Source: Verrucomicrobiota bacterium
Lineage (GTDB): Bacteria; Verrucomicrobiota; Verrucomicrobiia; Verrucomicrobiales; DEV007
NCBI GenBank assembly: GCA_045046875.1
Contig: JASFYY010000078.1
Location: 1 to 64,000 of the forward strand
Direction: 5' to 3'
DNA: 64,000 nucleotides
Part shown: piece after piece, positions 39,546 to 49,239 of the stretch
How positions within the stretch are numbered: the first letter of the stretch is position 1
Layout: every line of letters starts with the position of its first letter
Notes under the pieces: model-generated
The model's input: only the letters and a program-made list of their open reading frames with translations
Databases searched by the model: none
Told to the model about the DNA's origin: nothing
Position numbers and translations under genes: made by a program

Positions 39546-40442
39546 ATGAGTGACAACAAAGAAGAAACTCCGGAGCCTAAAAAAGCTGCGGATCTCCCAA
39601 AAGAAAAAAGTCCTGCACCAGAATCCAGCGAGGAAAAATCAAAAACGGCATCGAGTTCGGCGAGACCTGTAGCAGGTCAGCGCAAACGCAGCTCTTCCAG
39701 AAGCCGCAAGCCCGCAGCTAGTGCTGATTCGGACTCTGCGGCTCCGGCTACAGCCAAATCAGAGCCTGCCAAAGCCGAATCGGATTCGTCTGTTAAACAA
39801 GAAGGCGAAGCTGCTTCTGAGAATAAAGAATCAAGTGATTCGGATACAGCTAGAACGGAGGGTCGACGCCAATCCGCCCGTCGCCCGGCCAAGAGAAAAT
39901 CTGATTCCAATCGTCGCCGTTCGGATCGCAACCGTGAAGACGGTGAAGGTAATGAATCGCCGAATGAGGAAGGCGGAGACTCGTCGTCATCGTCAGATTC
40001 ATCCGAGCGCAGGCAGGGGGGGCAACGCTCTGGGCGGAAAAGATCTGATTCCAACCGCCGTCGTTCGAGTTCTTCCTCACGATCTTCTTCGTCTTCGCGG
40101 GGTGGACGTGCGCCTCGCAACAAACCTTCTTTGCGTCTGCCTCCGGTTAATTTTGAAGAATTACAGACCAAAGCCTGGGAGCTCTATCGAGCTGATGTCA
40201 GCGAGGAAAGCACCGCGATGTTTAATGAAGAGGAAGCGGACGATCTGACCCGCCGCAGCTTCATTCTCGCCGACATTTTCCTGCGCTATCGTGATGATCT
40301 GATTGAGAGCAAGAATGCTGACAAATCAGAGAGCGTGTCCAAGGAGGATGAAGCGCCCAAGGCAGCAGCGGTAGAAGCGGAAGTGCCTGCGTCCGAGAAA
40401 GCTAAAAGTGAAAACAAGGAAGAGGATAAAACCTCTGAGTGA
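39546..40442 (+). CDS. Ser/Arg/Glu-rich low-complexity protein with a small helical domain
   Basis: 298-aa ORF; repeated SDSNRRRS; ordered segment KAWELYRADVSEE..ADIF. Confidence 0.75.
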   Translation: MSDNKEETPEPKKAADLPKEKSPAPESSEEKSKTASSSARPVAGQRKRSSSRSRKPAASADSDSAAPATAKSEPAKAESDSSVKQEGEAASENKESSDSDTARTEGRRQSARRPAKRKSDSNRRRSDRNREDGEGNESPNEEGGDSSSSSDSSERRQGGQRSGRKRSDSNRRRSSSSSRSSSSSRGGRAPRNKPSLRLPPVNFEELQTKAWELYRADVSEESTAMFNEEEADDLTRRSFILADIFLRYRDDLIESKNADKSESVSKEDEAPKAAAVEAEVPASEKAKSENKEEDKTSE

Positions 40443-40558
40443 ATGGTGTAGCAAACCTAGCGCCGGCTCCCTGCCGGTGCTGAGTCCGGCACCCTAATTC
40501 CCCCGCATCTTCGCGGGGGGCACTATTCATTTCTATACAGTCCATCTTAAAAGAGTTT

Positions 40559-40590
40559 AACCGCGGATAGCGCGGATGAACGCGGATAAG
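40559..40590 (+). repeat. AACCRCGGAT-type repeat arm
   Basis: AACCGCGGATAGCGCGGATGAACGCGGATAAG, similar to 27727-27756 and 21237-21258. Confidence 0.65.
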
Positions 40591-40672
40591 AAAGAAATTT
40601 AATACAAAATCGCGAAGACCTTTTATTCTAAGGGGCGCGGCAATCAAACAAGTTTTTTATAAGACAGCCGAG

Positions 40673-41197
40673 TTAAGCTGTTGTAGCTGCACCACCAGCG
40701 GTGACCGGTTTGCGCCGCGCGGCTTCTTGATCCAGCTGTAACAAGCCGACGGGGTTATCTCCGATCAGCTCAAGACGGTCGATCATGTCGCGGACATTTT
40801 TTTCTTCTTCGACTTGTTCATCGAGGAACCAGTTGAGGAAGTTTTTGGTCTCGTGGTCGCGGGTTTCTTCGGCGACAGAATACAAGTGGTGAATCTGGAC
40901 GGTGACCTTCTGTTCTTGCTCAAAGCTGGCTTTGAACACATCGAGAGCACTTGAGTAGCTCGCATCAGGTTGCGCGATAGACATCAGGCTGACCTGGGCA
41001 TTACGGTCGACGAGGAAGTGGTAAAACTTCATCGCATGGTCGGTCTCCTCCAAGCTCTGGGTGTACATCCATTGGGCAAATCCTGAATAAGGGGTCTCCT
41101 CGAACCATGACGACATCGCCAGGTAAACATAAGATGACGACATTTCGTGATTGATCTGCTCATTGAGCAGGCTTTGCAGTTTGCTGTCCAAGTCCAT
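40673..41197 (-). CDS. ftnA: Non-haem ferritin
   Basis: LNEQINHE..SS.VYLAM, EE..HAMKF, EQ.VT, FLNWF..EQVEEE ferroxidase motifs. Confidence 0.93.
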   Translation of the reverse strand: MDLDSKLQSLLNEQINHEMSSSYVYLAMSSWFEETPYSGFAQWMYTQSLEETDHAMKFYHFLVDRNAQVSLMSIAQPDASYSSALDVFKASFEQEQKVTVQIHHLYSVAEETRDHETKNFLNWFLDEQVEEEKNVRDMIDRLELIGDNPVGLLQLDQEAARRKPVTAGGAATTA

Positions 41198-41262
41198 GGC
41201 GCCATCTTAGGGCAGCAAGGACTTGGTGTCCAGAGCGGGGAAGACGAAAAGGTCTGCGGGAG

Positions 41263-41611
41263 GGGGGCAGGACAAAAAAAATAGCCATTGGTTATTGCAG
41301 GCTAGTTTATCACACAGCAACATCATTTCGCCCGTTGCCTCCGGCTGTCTTCGCTACGCTGCGACTCAGGGCTGGCAATAAAACCAATTTAACCCCAGCG
41401 CTTCGCACTGGACTATCACATTTTGTCCTTACAGGACAGTTTGCTTTCATCTCTTTTTGCACCAACGGTGTTCAATGATATAGCCCAGTGCGAAGCACTG
41501 GATGAAGAACCTAACTTTTCCAGCCCTGAGCCGGAGCGTAGCGGAAGACAACCGGAGGCAACGGGCGAAACGCATAGCTGTCAGGCAGCTTAACTATTCT
41601 GTCTTACACCC
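41263..41611 (-). mobile_element. MITE copy 3 (inverted), with two nested ~30-nt loop insertions
   Basis: Ends GGGGGCAGGACAAAAAAAATAG and TAACTATTCTGTCTTACACCC; GTCTGCGG direct repeat at 41252-41259 and 41613-41620. Confidence 0.85.
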
Positions 41612-41663
41612 AGTCTGCGGCGAACACAGAAAGAACTTCGGTAGCTCTTAGCGCAATGGCAGC

Positions 41664-42431
41664 TTATCGATTCAAGCTGGAGGCAGGAGTCGACCAGGAT
41701 GAACCGCCGTTTTGAGTCAGCACCAAAGTGGGCATGTGGCGTTCTTTCTGCAAGGCAGGATGAGAGGGCACTCGTTCGGCAGGAGATTGATCTACCGAGG
41801 TGCCAATCGCAGCGGCTGCGGCGACGACTGGAGCCAAAGTGGCCTGTAACATTGATCCGGGTAGAGGGCCGCGCACCACTTCGACTTCGGTTCCGGTGCC
41901 GATCTTTCGGTACAAGTTGATCACATCCCGCGAGCGCATCCGGATGCAGCCGTAACTGGCGGTCTGGCCGATTTTTTTCTCTTCAGCCGTGCCGTGGATG
42001 TAGATGAAGCGTTTGTAAGCGTGCCGGTTGCGACTCTCGGTGCCAGTCAGCCAGATGATGCGTGATACAATCGGGTCACGCCCTGGGGCGTTGGGTTTTA
42101 AAATCTCCCCCGTGCGGCGTCGGGATTTAAAAACCGCGCCTCTTGGAGCGGAGCCGCCGATTTTTTCGGCTACTTTCATAGTGCCCAGTGGGGTGCGGTA
42201 ACTGCCGGGCTTATCTCCTTCCCCGAATTTTGAAGTGGAAACCGGATACTTGCGCACCAGTTTGCCCTCTTTATAAAGGGCGAGTTTTTGCTCTTTCACC
42301 GAAATCACCACCCGGTTGGAGGATTTGTTTGAAATCGTTGAGCATTGGCAAAAAAGTAGCAGAACGATGCCGCTCATCGAGCTGATAAAAATACGCTTGA
42401 GCCATAACGGCTGGGGTGCTGGTTTTTGCAT
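41664..42431 (-). CDS. L,D-transpeptidase (YkuD family)
   Basis: YPVSTSKFG, TPLG, IYIHGT, ASYGCIRM catalytic His/Cys motif. Confidence 0.92.
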   Translation of the reverse strand: MQKPAPQPLWLKRIFISSMSGIVLLLFCQCSTISNKSSNRVVISVKEQKLALYKEGKLVRKYPVSTSKFGEGDKPGSYRTPLGTMKVAEKIGGSAPRGAVFKSRRRTGEILKPNAPGRDPIVSRIIWLTGTESRNRHAYKRFIYIHGTAEEKKIGQTASYGCIRMRSRDVINLYRKIGTGTEVEVVRGPLPGSMLQATLAPVVAAAAAIGTSVDQSPAERVPSHPALQKERHMPTLVLTQNGGSSWSTPASSLNR

Positions 42432-42718
42432 AAGGATTAAGCCGGTTGAACCATCGCCTGTCGTGACTCGATGAAAATGAGGCGCTTCTGAAGACAGACA
42501 AAGCAGGGACTATCCTATAGATTCCATAAAAATCAAGATAGATTAAATTTCACCAATCATCACGGTATTACTTTTGGAATGGAAGCCTTCATGGGAGGGG
42601 GTGGCTGCAAAAACAAGATCAAAACAAAAACTGGCCAATTCAGGATTCAGACTCTATCTTGATCGTTCGAATGGCTATAGAGTTCGACTCCATATAAGAT
42701 CAGATCATTTTTGTTTTC

Positions 42719-43609
42719 ATGAGCCCCCTTACCCGCATATTCTTCTCCGCAAAAAACGCAGGGTTTTCAGTTCTGTTGTTGTTGGCATTTTGCCCCCGTC
42801 TGCAAGCCCAGGAAATTCCCGCCGACTTGTTAGAGGACGAGCATGTGCGCGAGGAGTTTGGGGTTAATAAGTTCACAGCTCCATCGATTAGGAAGATTTT
42901 CGAAGACCTCGATTCACTTGGCGATTTACCTTACGAAAAACTCAAACGTCCGATTCCGGCCACCACACCTTCCGACCGCACCCGACTCGCTTTGGAGTTG
43001 GGTGGGCTGATCGCTGACGGTTTTTTGGTGGTCGAATCTGAAAAATTGCTCGATCTCGAAGCGGTTGGCCGTGCGCTGTGGAAGCGGGCCAAAATTCTCG
43101 GAGCGGGAACCCGCTTGTCGAGCCATACCAAGAGTCTGTTGGAAAACAGCGCGTTGGGTGATTGGAAACAATTGAAAGAGGAACTGGCCAAAACCCAGAA
43201 AGATGTCGAAGCGGAAATGGTTCTGTTGCGTGATGTGGATGCGGCCCATTTGATCAGCTTGGGCGGCTGGCTGCGTGCTTTTGAAATTGCCTGTGTGACC
43301 GCATTGGATCCTTTTGATGAGAAAAAAGCTAAAATCCTCGGGCGGGTGGATATCGCTGAATATTTTTTGATGTCTTTGCAAACGCTCGAACCTAAGATCC
43401 AGGAGACCGAGCATATTCAGAAATTAACCGCAGGCATGGAGAAGCTCAAAAACATGCTCGACGTGCCTGAGACTAAAGCCTTCACCAAGGATGAGGTCGA
43501 GGGGATGAATACGTTAATCAATCAACTGATCACCACCGCTGGAGAGACTTTACCCAAGGCAAGCGCCAAAACTGCAAAAAGCGCCAAAGTTGATAAGGGT
43601 AAGAAGTGA
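42719..43609 (+). CDS. Secreted all-helical hypothetical protein
   Basis: 296-aa ORF with signal peptide; EEFGVN.FTAP, ADGFL and SLGGWLR segments. Confidence 0.75.
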   Translation: MSPLTRIFFSAKNAGFSVLLLLAFCPRLQAQEIPADLLEDEHVREEFGVNKFTAPSIRKIFEDLDSLGDLPYEKLKRPIPATTPSDRTRLALELGGLIADGFLVVESEKLLDLEAVGRALWKRAKILGAGTRLSSHTKSLLENSALGDWKQLKEELAKTQKDVEAEMVLLRDVDAAHLISLGGWLRAFEIACVTALDPFDEKKAKILGRVDIAEYFLMSLQTLEPKIQETEHIQKLTAGMEKLKNMLDVPETKAFTKDEVEGMNTLINQLITTAGETLPKASAKTAKSAKVDKGKK

Positions 43610-43663
43610 TGGGTGGATGATGGATGGTGCGTTCGCGGGGCACAGAACGATTGATTGTATGGC

Positions 43664-43768
43664 AGTTATTACGCCCCAACGGGGCAGGCCTATAAAAGTC
43701 CAGGGCATCGCCCTGGGTATGATCCGATAGACCGCGATTAGCCCTGAATGGGCGGCACTAAGGCGTTG
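43664..43768 (+). repeat. 105-bp REP-like unit (copy of 1636-1740, inverted)
   Basis: AGTTATTACGCCCCAACGGGGCAG...GCCCTGAATGGGCG...GCGTTG. Confidence 0.85.
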
Positions 43769-43778
43769 AGGATAAGTG

Positions 43779-44052
43779 CGCCCTTGCAGGGCTGGAAGAA
43801 TTGGGTTTTTTGCCCAGCGCTTCGCATTGGGCTATACCATTGAGCACCGCTGGCGCAAAAGAGAGAGAAAGCAAACTGTCCTGTAAGGACAAAATGTGAT
43901 AGCCCGTAGCGAAGCGCTGGGGTTAAATCGGTTTTATTGCCAGCCCTGATTCGCAGCGTAGCGAAGACAGTCGGAGGCAACGGGTGTAATGATGTTGAGG
44001 TGTGATACGGTAGCTTTCAATAATCAATGGCTAACTTTCTTGCCCTGCACCC
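43779..44052 (+). mobile_element. MITE copy 4 (left TIR absent), one nested loop insertion
   Basis: Colinear with 30060-30299; ends GCTAACTTTCTTGCCCTGCACCC; insertion at ~43949-43980. Confidence 0.82.
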
Positions 44053-44135
44053 TTGTTACGGCCTTTAGTTCGTTTGGTCTTGACGGCATATACTGATTGT
44101 CAATATCCTGCGCTTAGCTTAGACCGAACTTAGTT

Positions 44136-45110
44136 TTGAAAAAAATGATAACTTACACATTATCACTGATGAGGATCGCATTATTATTAGTGGTATTTTC
44201 ACTATCGGATGCGGCTGCGTGTTTGTGGGACAGGGATACTCTTCGCGATGAAATTACGTCCAAGACTTCGGCTTATGATTTGATCGTGGGACAAGTGGCG
44301 CATCATGGCGCGGCTTATTATGAAAAGCGGGTAGAATCTCTCGGTCAGAAAGTATCTTTGGATATGGGCGAGAAGCAGGATCTTGCGGTGGCCTATATCC
44401 GATTGGGTGATTTTGTGAAAGGAGAGGAAATTCTGAGGGAGCTCTACCAATCTCATCCCGATGAATATTCAGTGAATTCCAATCTAGCGATTCTGTATAA
44501 GAAGAAGGGGAATTACGCCACAGCCTATTCTTACATGAAACGCGCATTGGAGATCAAACCCGAAGGGCATATGGGTTTGGGAGATTGGTATTTGAGAAGG
44601 ATTGGTTATGACAAGGTTTTATTGGAAAAGCCGATACCTAAGGTGAATTTTCTCGGAGAGAAGTATGAAGACGGTCAGTGGAATCGCACCCAAAAGCTGA
44701 AGTTTGATGCTGAAAAGCAAAAACGAGCGAGGTATTTGACTCAGTTGATTTTTAATGACAGAGAATTTGCGGATGCTTATCTGGTGTTGGGAGATTTACT
44801 AAAGGAAATAGGCGACAAGAATTTAGCTCTTCGCGCTTACATGCGAGCGAAGCTTCTCAAACACCCCAATCGTAAAGTGGTTGTTGCGCGGATAGATTCG
44901 GTCATTCAGCAATTTAAGCTCACCAAAGGCGCCCGGGGAAAACAAGATTCAGAGATTATAAAATTCAAAAAAGAGCTGGAGGGTGCGGCAGAGTGGCGGC
45001 GTGATTTCGAGAAAGCTGAAAACGAATTGGTGAATTTAACCCATTTTCCATCTTTGGCCGAAACGGAATCAAAGATGAATTCGAAACGCTTTTATCCAAT
45101 TGGCAAATAA
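44136..45110 (+). CDS. Secreted tetratricopeptide-repeat protein
   Basis: Signal peptide then CLWDRDTL; TPR-like DLAVAYIRLG / NLAILY..G / ALEIKP; start may be 44145 or 44169. Confidence 0.78.
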   Translation: MKKMITYTLSLMRIALLLVVFSLSDAAACLWDRDTLRDEITSKTSAYDLIVGQVAHHGAAYYEKRVESLGQKVSLDMGEKQDLAVAYIRLGDFVKGEEILRELYQSHPDEYSVNSNLAILYKKKGNYATAYSYMKRALEIKPEGHMGLGDWYLRRIGYDKVLLEKPIPKVNFLGEKYEDGQWNRTQKLKFDAEKQKRARYLTQLIFNDREFADAYLVLGDLLKEIGDKNLALRAYMRAKLLKHPNRKVVVARIDSVIQQFKLTKGARGKQDSEIIKFKKELEGAAEWRRDFEKAENELVNLTHFPSLAETESKMNSKRFYPIGK

Positions 45111-45218
45111 AAACCAGCTGCCATTGGTTCCTGTGCTCAAACGGGTACAGAATTCAAAAGAAGGGGGGATTATAGCCTTCGTTACTTCTTTTCTCCTTGC
45201 ACCGTGATCAACGATTAT

Positions 45219-47177
45219 TCACCACTCGTAGCTCACCTTGGCCGAGGCGTAGTGCTGGGCCACGCTGCTGCGGAAAAAGACACCCTCGTAGGAAGTCCGT
45301 AGTGCAAAGCCCTTGTCCAGTTCAAAGCGTAGTCCCGCACCTGCCGACAACCAGTCGGTGCCGGGATAGGCTCCATTACTTTCATCCGAAAATCCTCCGA
45401 AGCGTCTCACGCTTCCGCCGGTCACCGCGGCAAAAGGTGAAGTCTGCAAGGCTGCCCCGACGGTGCCGTTTTCTGGTGTGTATTCGTGTTCCCATGCCAG
45501 GTGCATCTGGGTCACCAGGCGTCCCCAACCCGTCGGGCGGATGTGCGAGGCTTGCCAACCGATCCGGCTGATCATCGATTCAAATCCTGTGCCGTTGTAA
45601 TCCAGATTAGCGTTTCCCCCGCCGCTTTCGCTGTAGGGATCCACGTCACCATTGCTGTAGCGCAGTCCGGCAATCGGACCGTGGATGATGTTTTTACCGA
45701 CCTGAATGTTGTGGCCTATGTTCATCCTGATGTTGTGACTCTGGCTCTCGGTGTCTCCGCGGGAGCTACTGCCGAGCCCGGTGTTGCGGTTGATGTCGCT
45801 GTTGAACGAGCCATAACTGTAAAGCAGGTCAACCCAGTTTTGCTTCCAGAACACGGTCGCGTAAGTAGAGATCAAATTTCCCTCAAGGTCGATGTTGCCA
45901 AGATTGCCTGCCACGTCGGTGTCGCTTTGCAGATAGCTCCAGGCCAGGCCAAGGTTCAACCACTGCTTGGCACGGTATTCAAGACCCACGCTGCCAGCGT
46001 AAGAGGTCGTATTAAAACCCTGCATCATATTGCTCAGTTGATTCTGAGCGTAGTTGCTGAAATCACCGGCAGCGAAGATTTCCCAGCGTTTCCAGGGCTC
46101 GGTTTCGATCACGGCCTTGCTGTCATCGATGACGGTCTTGCCGGACGGTGCGGCTTCGACAATGTGGACGGTGGCTGCTCCACCGGCCATCGGCATCAGT
46201 GGCACGCCCATCATGGCGTAGGGCAAGCCGCCGCCCATTGTCTGGCCGTTGAAATTGGTGCCGGCTTGGGCGCTGAGGGTATCGACCATGTTGACCTCGA
46301 TGGTGCGTTCTTCAGGGTCTGCGAGGCCAAGGGCCACTTTGTAGGAGGTGTTTTCCCCACTCATAAAGGTGAGGTAACGAAGCAGGCTCGAACTTCTCCC
46401 AGTGCTCACCTCGTTGCCCTGGCTAAGGTCAGTTGCTGTCGCTCGACCTAGGCGGTCGTTGAGGTTGCGCAGTGCGGTGTCGGCAGCGCCGCGGGATACG
46501 TCGCGCAGGGCAAGTCCCATGGGCAGTCCACTGTTTGTTAGGGAATTCATCGCAGCGGTGTCGATGAATAAAACTGTTTGAACCCGTCGACGACCTGTCC
46601 CTGTCCCGGTAGCTGGAGCAACAGCAACAGGACCAACACCGATGATGAAATGAAGAACATTTGGAATAATCACCAGCACTGTGCCAGGTGCGTAAGTAGC
46701 AAACATGGCAGCATATGGATCGGGAAATGTTGCAAGGCCGGATCCTGTGACAAGCGTATTCGCAGGTACAACTCCGGTTCCTGATGATTCAAATAAAAAG
46801 GCTTGGATAGCAGAACCCGCTCCTCCTTCATACCACAAATCATCCCAAACGCCGCCAGCACCCGATACCGTTAGATCCGTCGAGGTGGCTGTCACAGCTA
46901 TAGACACATTTGCCCCAGGAAGAATCCAACCCGCGGGTGTTACGTTAGGAGTAAAGAGAGGCCCCACACCTGGAAATTGAGTAGGGTTCGTAAATCCTAT
47001 ACCGTTATCAGCTGTACCGGAAGGCCCCGTAGTGGCGGAACCACCACCTGTCACTACCGTATTTCCTAGACCATCTTGGGTGAATTGGAAAAACACCTGA
47101 GCATGAACTGGAGTAGTATAGATGGCGACGATGGCCAAAGCAGCCCACAGGTAATTTTTTTTGATATTAGTGTTCAT
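45219..47177 (-). CDS. Autotransporter outer-membrane beta-barrel protein with a short passenger
   Basis: Signal peptide; C-terminal barrel (GSVGLEYR, HGPIAGLRY, YSESG, AWEHEY, VSYEW). Confidence 0.85.
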   Translation of the reverse strand: MNTNIKKNYLWAALAIVAIYTTPVHAQVFFQFTQDGLGNTVVTGGGSATTGPSGTADNGIGFTNPTQFPGVGPLFTPNVTPAGWILPGANVSIAVTATSTDLTVSGAGGVWDDLWYEGGAGSAIQAFLFESSGTGVVPANTLVTGSGLATFPDPYAAMFATYAPGTVLVIIPNVLHFIIGVGPVAVAPATGTGTGRRRVQTVLFIDTAAMNSLTNSGLPMGLALRDVSRGAADTALRNLNDRLGRATATDLSQGNEVSTGRSSSLLRYLTFMSGENTSYKVALGLADPEERTIEVNMVDTLSAQAGTNFNGQTMGGGLPYAMMGVPLMPMAGGAATVHIVEAAPSGKTVIDDSKAVIETEPWKRWEIFAAGDFSNYAQNQLSNMMQGFNTTSYAGSVGLEYRAKQWLNLGLAWSYLQSDTDVAGNLGNIDLEGNLISTYATVFWKQNWVDLLYSYGSFNSDINRNTGLGSSSRGDTESQSHNIRMNIGHNIQVGKNIIHGPIAGLRYSNGDVDPYSESGGGNANLDYNGTGFESMISRIGWQASHIRPTGWGRLVTQMHLAWEHEYTPENGTVGAALQTSPFAAVTGGSVRRFGGFSDESNGAYPGTDWLSAGAGLRFELDKGFALRTSYEGVFFRSSVAQHYASAKVSYEW

Positions 47178-47332
47178 CTATGGAAATAGTTGATAAATGG
47201 GGAGATGTAAAACCTCCTAAAAGCTTACATTAAAGAGGAAGCGGCCCTCTAAGTCAACCAAGTGATCCTCCATTCTAGCTCCATGACAAAATATGCACAG
47301 TGTAGTAGGTGTTCGTTCGTCAGGAAGAGGTT

Positions 47333-47462
47333 AACCACGAAAGGGAATCAAGGTTAAGAAAAGAAAAATTTAAAGTCATATCAGACAGGAATTCCTCGAC
47401 TTCTTAAAATGTTACCCCCAATTTTCTCCTCCCCTTTGCGTGATTTTAGTGTCTTTCGTGGT
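47333..47462. repeat. ACCACGAAAG...CTTTCGTGGT bounded palindromic element
   Basis: 10-bp inverted ends around an AT-rich interior, intergenic. Confidence 0.55.
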
Positions 47463-47476
47463 AGTGAAAATTTGAT

Positions 47477-49030
47477 TTATTTCGCTGCCGGTGCCCAGCG
47501 TTGCATCTGGATGGTATCGAAGCGCACGTCCGTATCATTGGCGCTATTCAAACCAGTTCGGCTGGCGCCACGTGCAATCACTTCGCTTAGTTGTGCGGTC
47601 ATGCGTTTGACGACATCCGGATGTTTGTCGGACAAGTTGTTGCTCTCCGCAACATCGTCATCAAGATTGTACAACTCCACGATGGTCGGCTTTCCGCGTG
47701 ACTGCGCATATCTCGGCGCGCTTTCTTTGAATACCAGTTTCCATGGGCCGTCGCGCCAGGCGAACTCGCCATGATTGGAGTGATTGACCAAACTTGTTCG
47801 TGGCTGGGTATTTTTTTTCCCGAGTGCTGCGGATAAAAAACTGATGCTGTCCTCGGCTCCGTCTTTCGGAAGCTCGGCACCGGTGATTTCCGCACAAGTT
47901 GCGAATAGATCCGTCAGGCTGATCATTTGTTGACTGCTCGATCCTGCGGTGATGTGTTTGGGCCAGCGCAAGATGAGCGGCACCCGGTGTCCGCCCTCCC
48001 ACACGTCGCCTTTGTGTCCGCGGTAGGGTCCGCTAGGCATGTGGCCTGCTTTGATCAGATCCGGCCAACCAGTGTAATGCGAGTGACCGTTATCGGCGGT
48101 GAAAATGACAAGGGTGTTATCAGCGATGCCGGCATCATCAATCGCCTGGATGACTTGTCCGGCGGACCAGTCGGTTTCCATCACAAAATCCGCTACCGGA
48201 TTGATTCCGCTTTTGCCGACGAAGTCCTTGGAGGGGGAGACGGGTTCATGAGGAGAGGTTTGGGTGAAATAAAGGAAGAAGGGTTGGTCTTTTTTTGCTT
48301 GTTCGTGAATGTGTTTCACCGCGCGTCGGGTGAGCTCAGGCAGGACTCCTTGTAGCTTCCAACCGGGAGCCATCGGGGCGCCGACAAATCCCCGGGGGAG
48401 ATTCACCCCTTCACTGTTATCAAGTTTGTATTGGGCCGTAGGTTGTACCAGTAGGCGGTCATTTTCGATGAAGGCAAAGGGAGGTAGGTTGGGTAAATCG
48501 ACGCCGAAAAAATAATCAAAGCCGCGATGAATCGGGCCGCCAAGCACTGGTTTGGTGAAATCCCAAGTGAGATCTTTCTGGCCGTTGGGTTTTTCAGTCA
48601 TGCGACCCTTTTGCGGTCCTGCCCAATCCCAACCGAGGTGCCATTTGCCAATGCAAGCGGTATGGTAACCTTGCTGTTTGAGCATCGCAGGTAAGGTGGG
48701 TCGCCCAGAGGTGATCAATGGTGGTTCGTAAACGGCAACCACCCATTCCTGCATCCGGGTGCGCCAGGAGTAGCGTCCGGTGATCAGTCCGTAACGAGTA
48801 GGCGAACAAACCGCCGAGGGGCTGTGCGCGTCGGTGAAGCTCATGCCTTGCTGGACCAAGCGATCCAGATGAGGCGTGGCGATTTTGTTATCGGGGTAGT
48901 GCGCCTGGATGTCACCGACTCCGAAGTCGTCGGCGAGGATGATGACGATGTTGGGGGTATCGTTAGCGGCGGCAGCCGGGTTGGCGATCAGTGTCAGCAG
49001 AGTGATAAGGAGAATGGGTAATCGAGACAT
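47477..49030 (-). CDS. Arylsulfatase (FGly-dependent sulfatase)
   Basis: PNIVIILADD, CSPTR, GKWHLG, DNG, KGDVWEGGHRVP. Confidence 0.93.
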   Translation of the reverse strand: MSRLPILLITLLTLIANPAAAANDTPNIVIILADDFGVGDIQAHYPDNKIATPHLDRLVQQGMSFTDAHSPSAVCSPTRYGLITGRYSWRTRMQEWVVAVYEPPLITSGRPTLPAMLKQQGYHTACIGKWHLGWDWAGPQKGRMTEKPNGQKDLTWDFTKPVLGGPIHRGFDYFFGVDLPNLPPFAFIENDRLLVQPTAQYKLDNSEGVNLPRGFVGAPMAPGWKLQGVLPELTRRAVKHIHEQAKKDQPFFLYFTQTSPHEPVSPSKDFVGKSGINPVADFVMETDWSAGQVIQAIDDAGIADNTLVIFTADNGHSHYTGWPDLIKAGHMPSGPYRGHKGDVWEGGHRVPLILRWPKHITAGSSSQQMISLTDLFATCAEITGAELPKDGAEDSISFLSAALGKKNTQPRTSLVNHSNHGEFAWRDGPWKLVFKESAPRYAQSRGKPTIVELYNLDDDVAESNNLSDKHPDVVKRMTAQLSEVIARGASRTGLNSANDTDVRFDTIQMQRWAPAAK

Positions 49031-49124
49031 GGTTGTTGGAGTGGGGTCGAAAAGAATTTACCACAGAGCACAGAGGAATAAAACGAGAATGAGGGAAAGG
49101 CTGTTTTGCATCAGTGAATGTTTC

Positions 49125-49239
49125 GCGGTGATAAGGGATCGCGTATCACCGCTTGATAAAGAGGTAATGTATAACAGATGTATAATTATTGTATAGTTGT
49201 GTATAAGGATGAATGGTGTTAGTTTTTTATCCATGTATA
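49125..49239. promoter_or_regulatory. Divergent promoter region with a 9-bp inverted repeat and phased TGTATA repeats
   Basis: GCGGTGATA-N10-TATCACCGC (49125-49152); TGTATA at 49168, 49179, 49190, 49200 and 49234. Confidence 0.5.

Noticed and set aside
40460..40519. Two GC-rich hairpins after the SR-rich gene as an intrinsic terminator
   Set aside because: Stems are present but there is no U-tract on either strand, so not called
45486..46451. 321-aa plus-strand ORF
   Set aside because: Antisense shadow of the high-GC3 autotransporter barrel; no recognisable motifs
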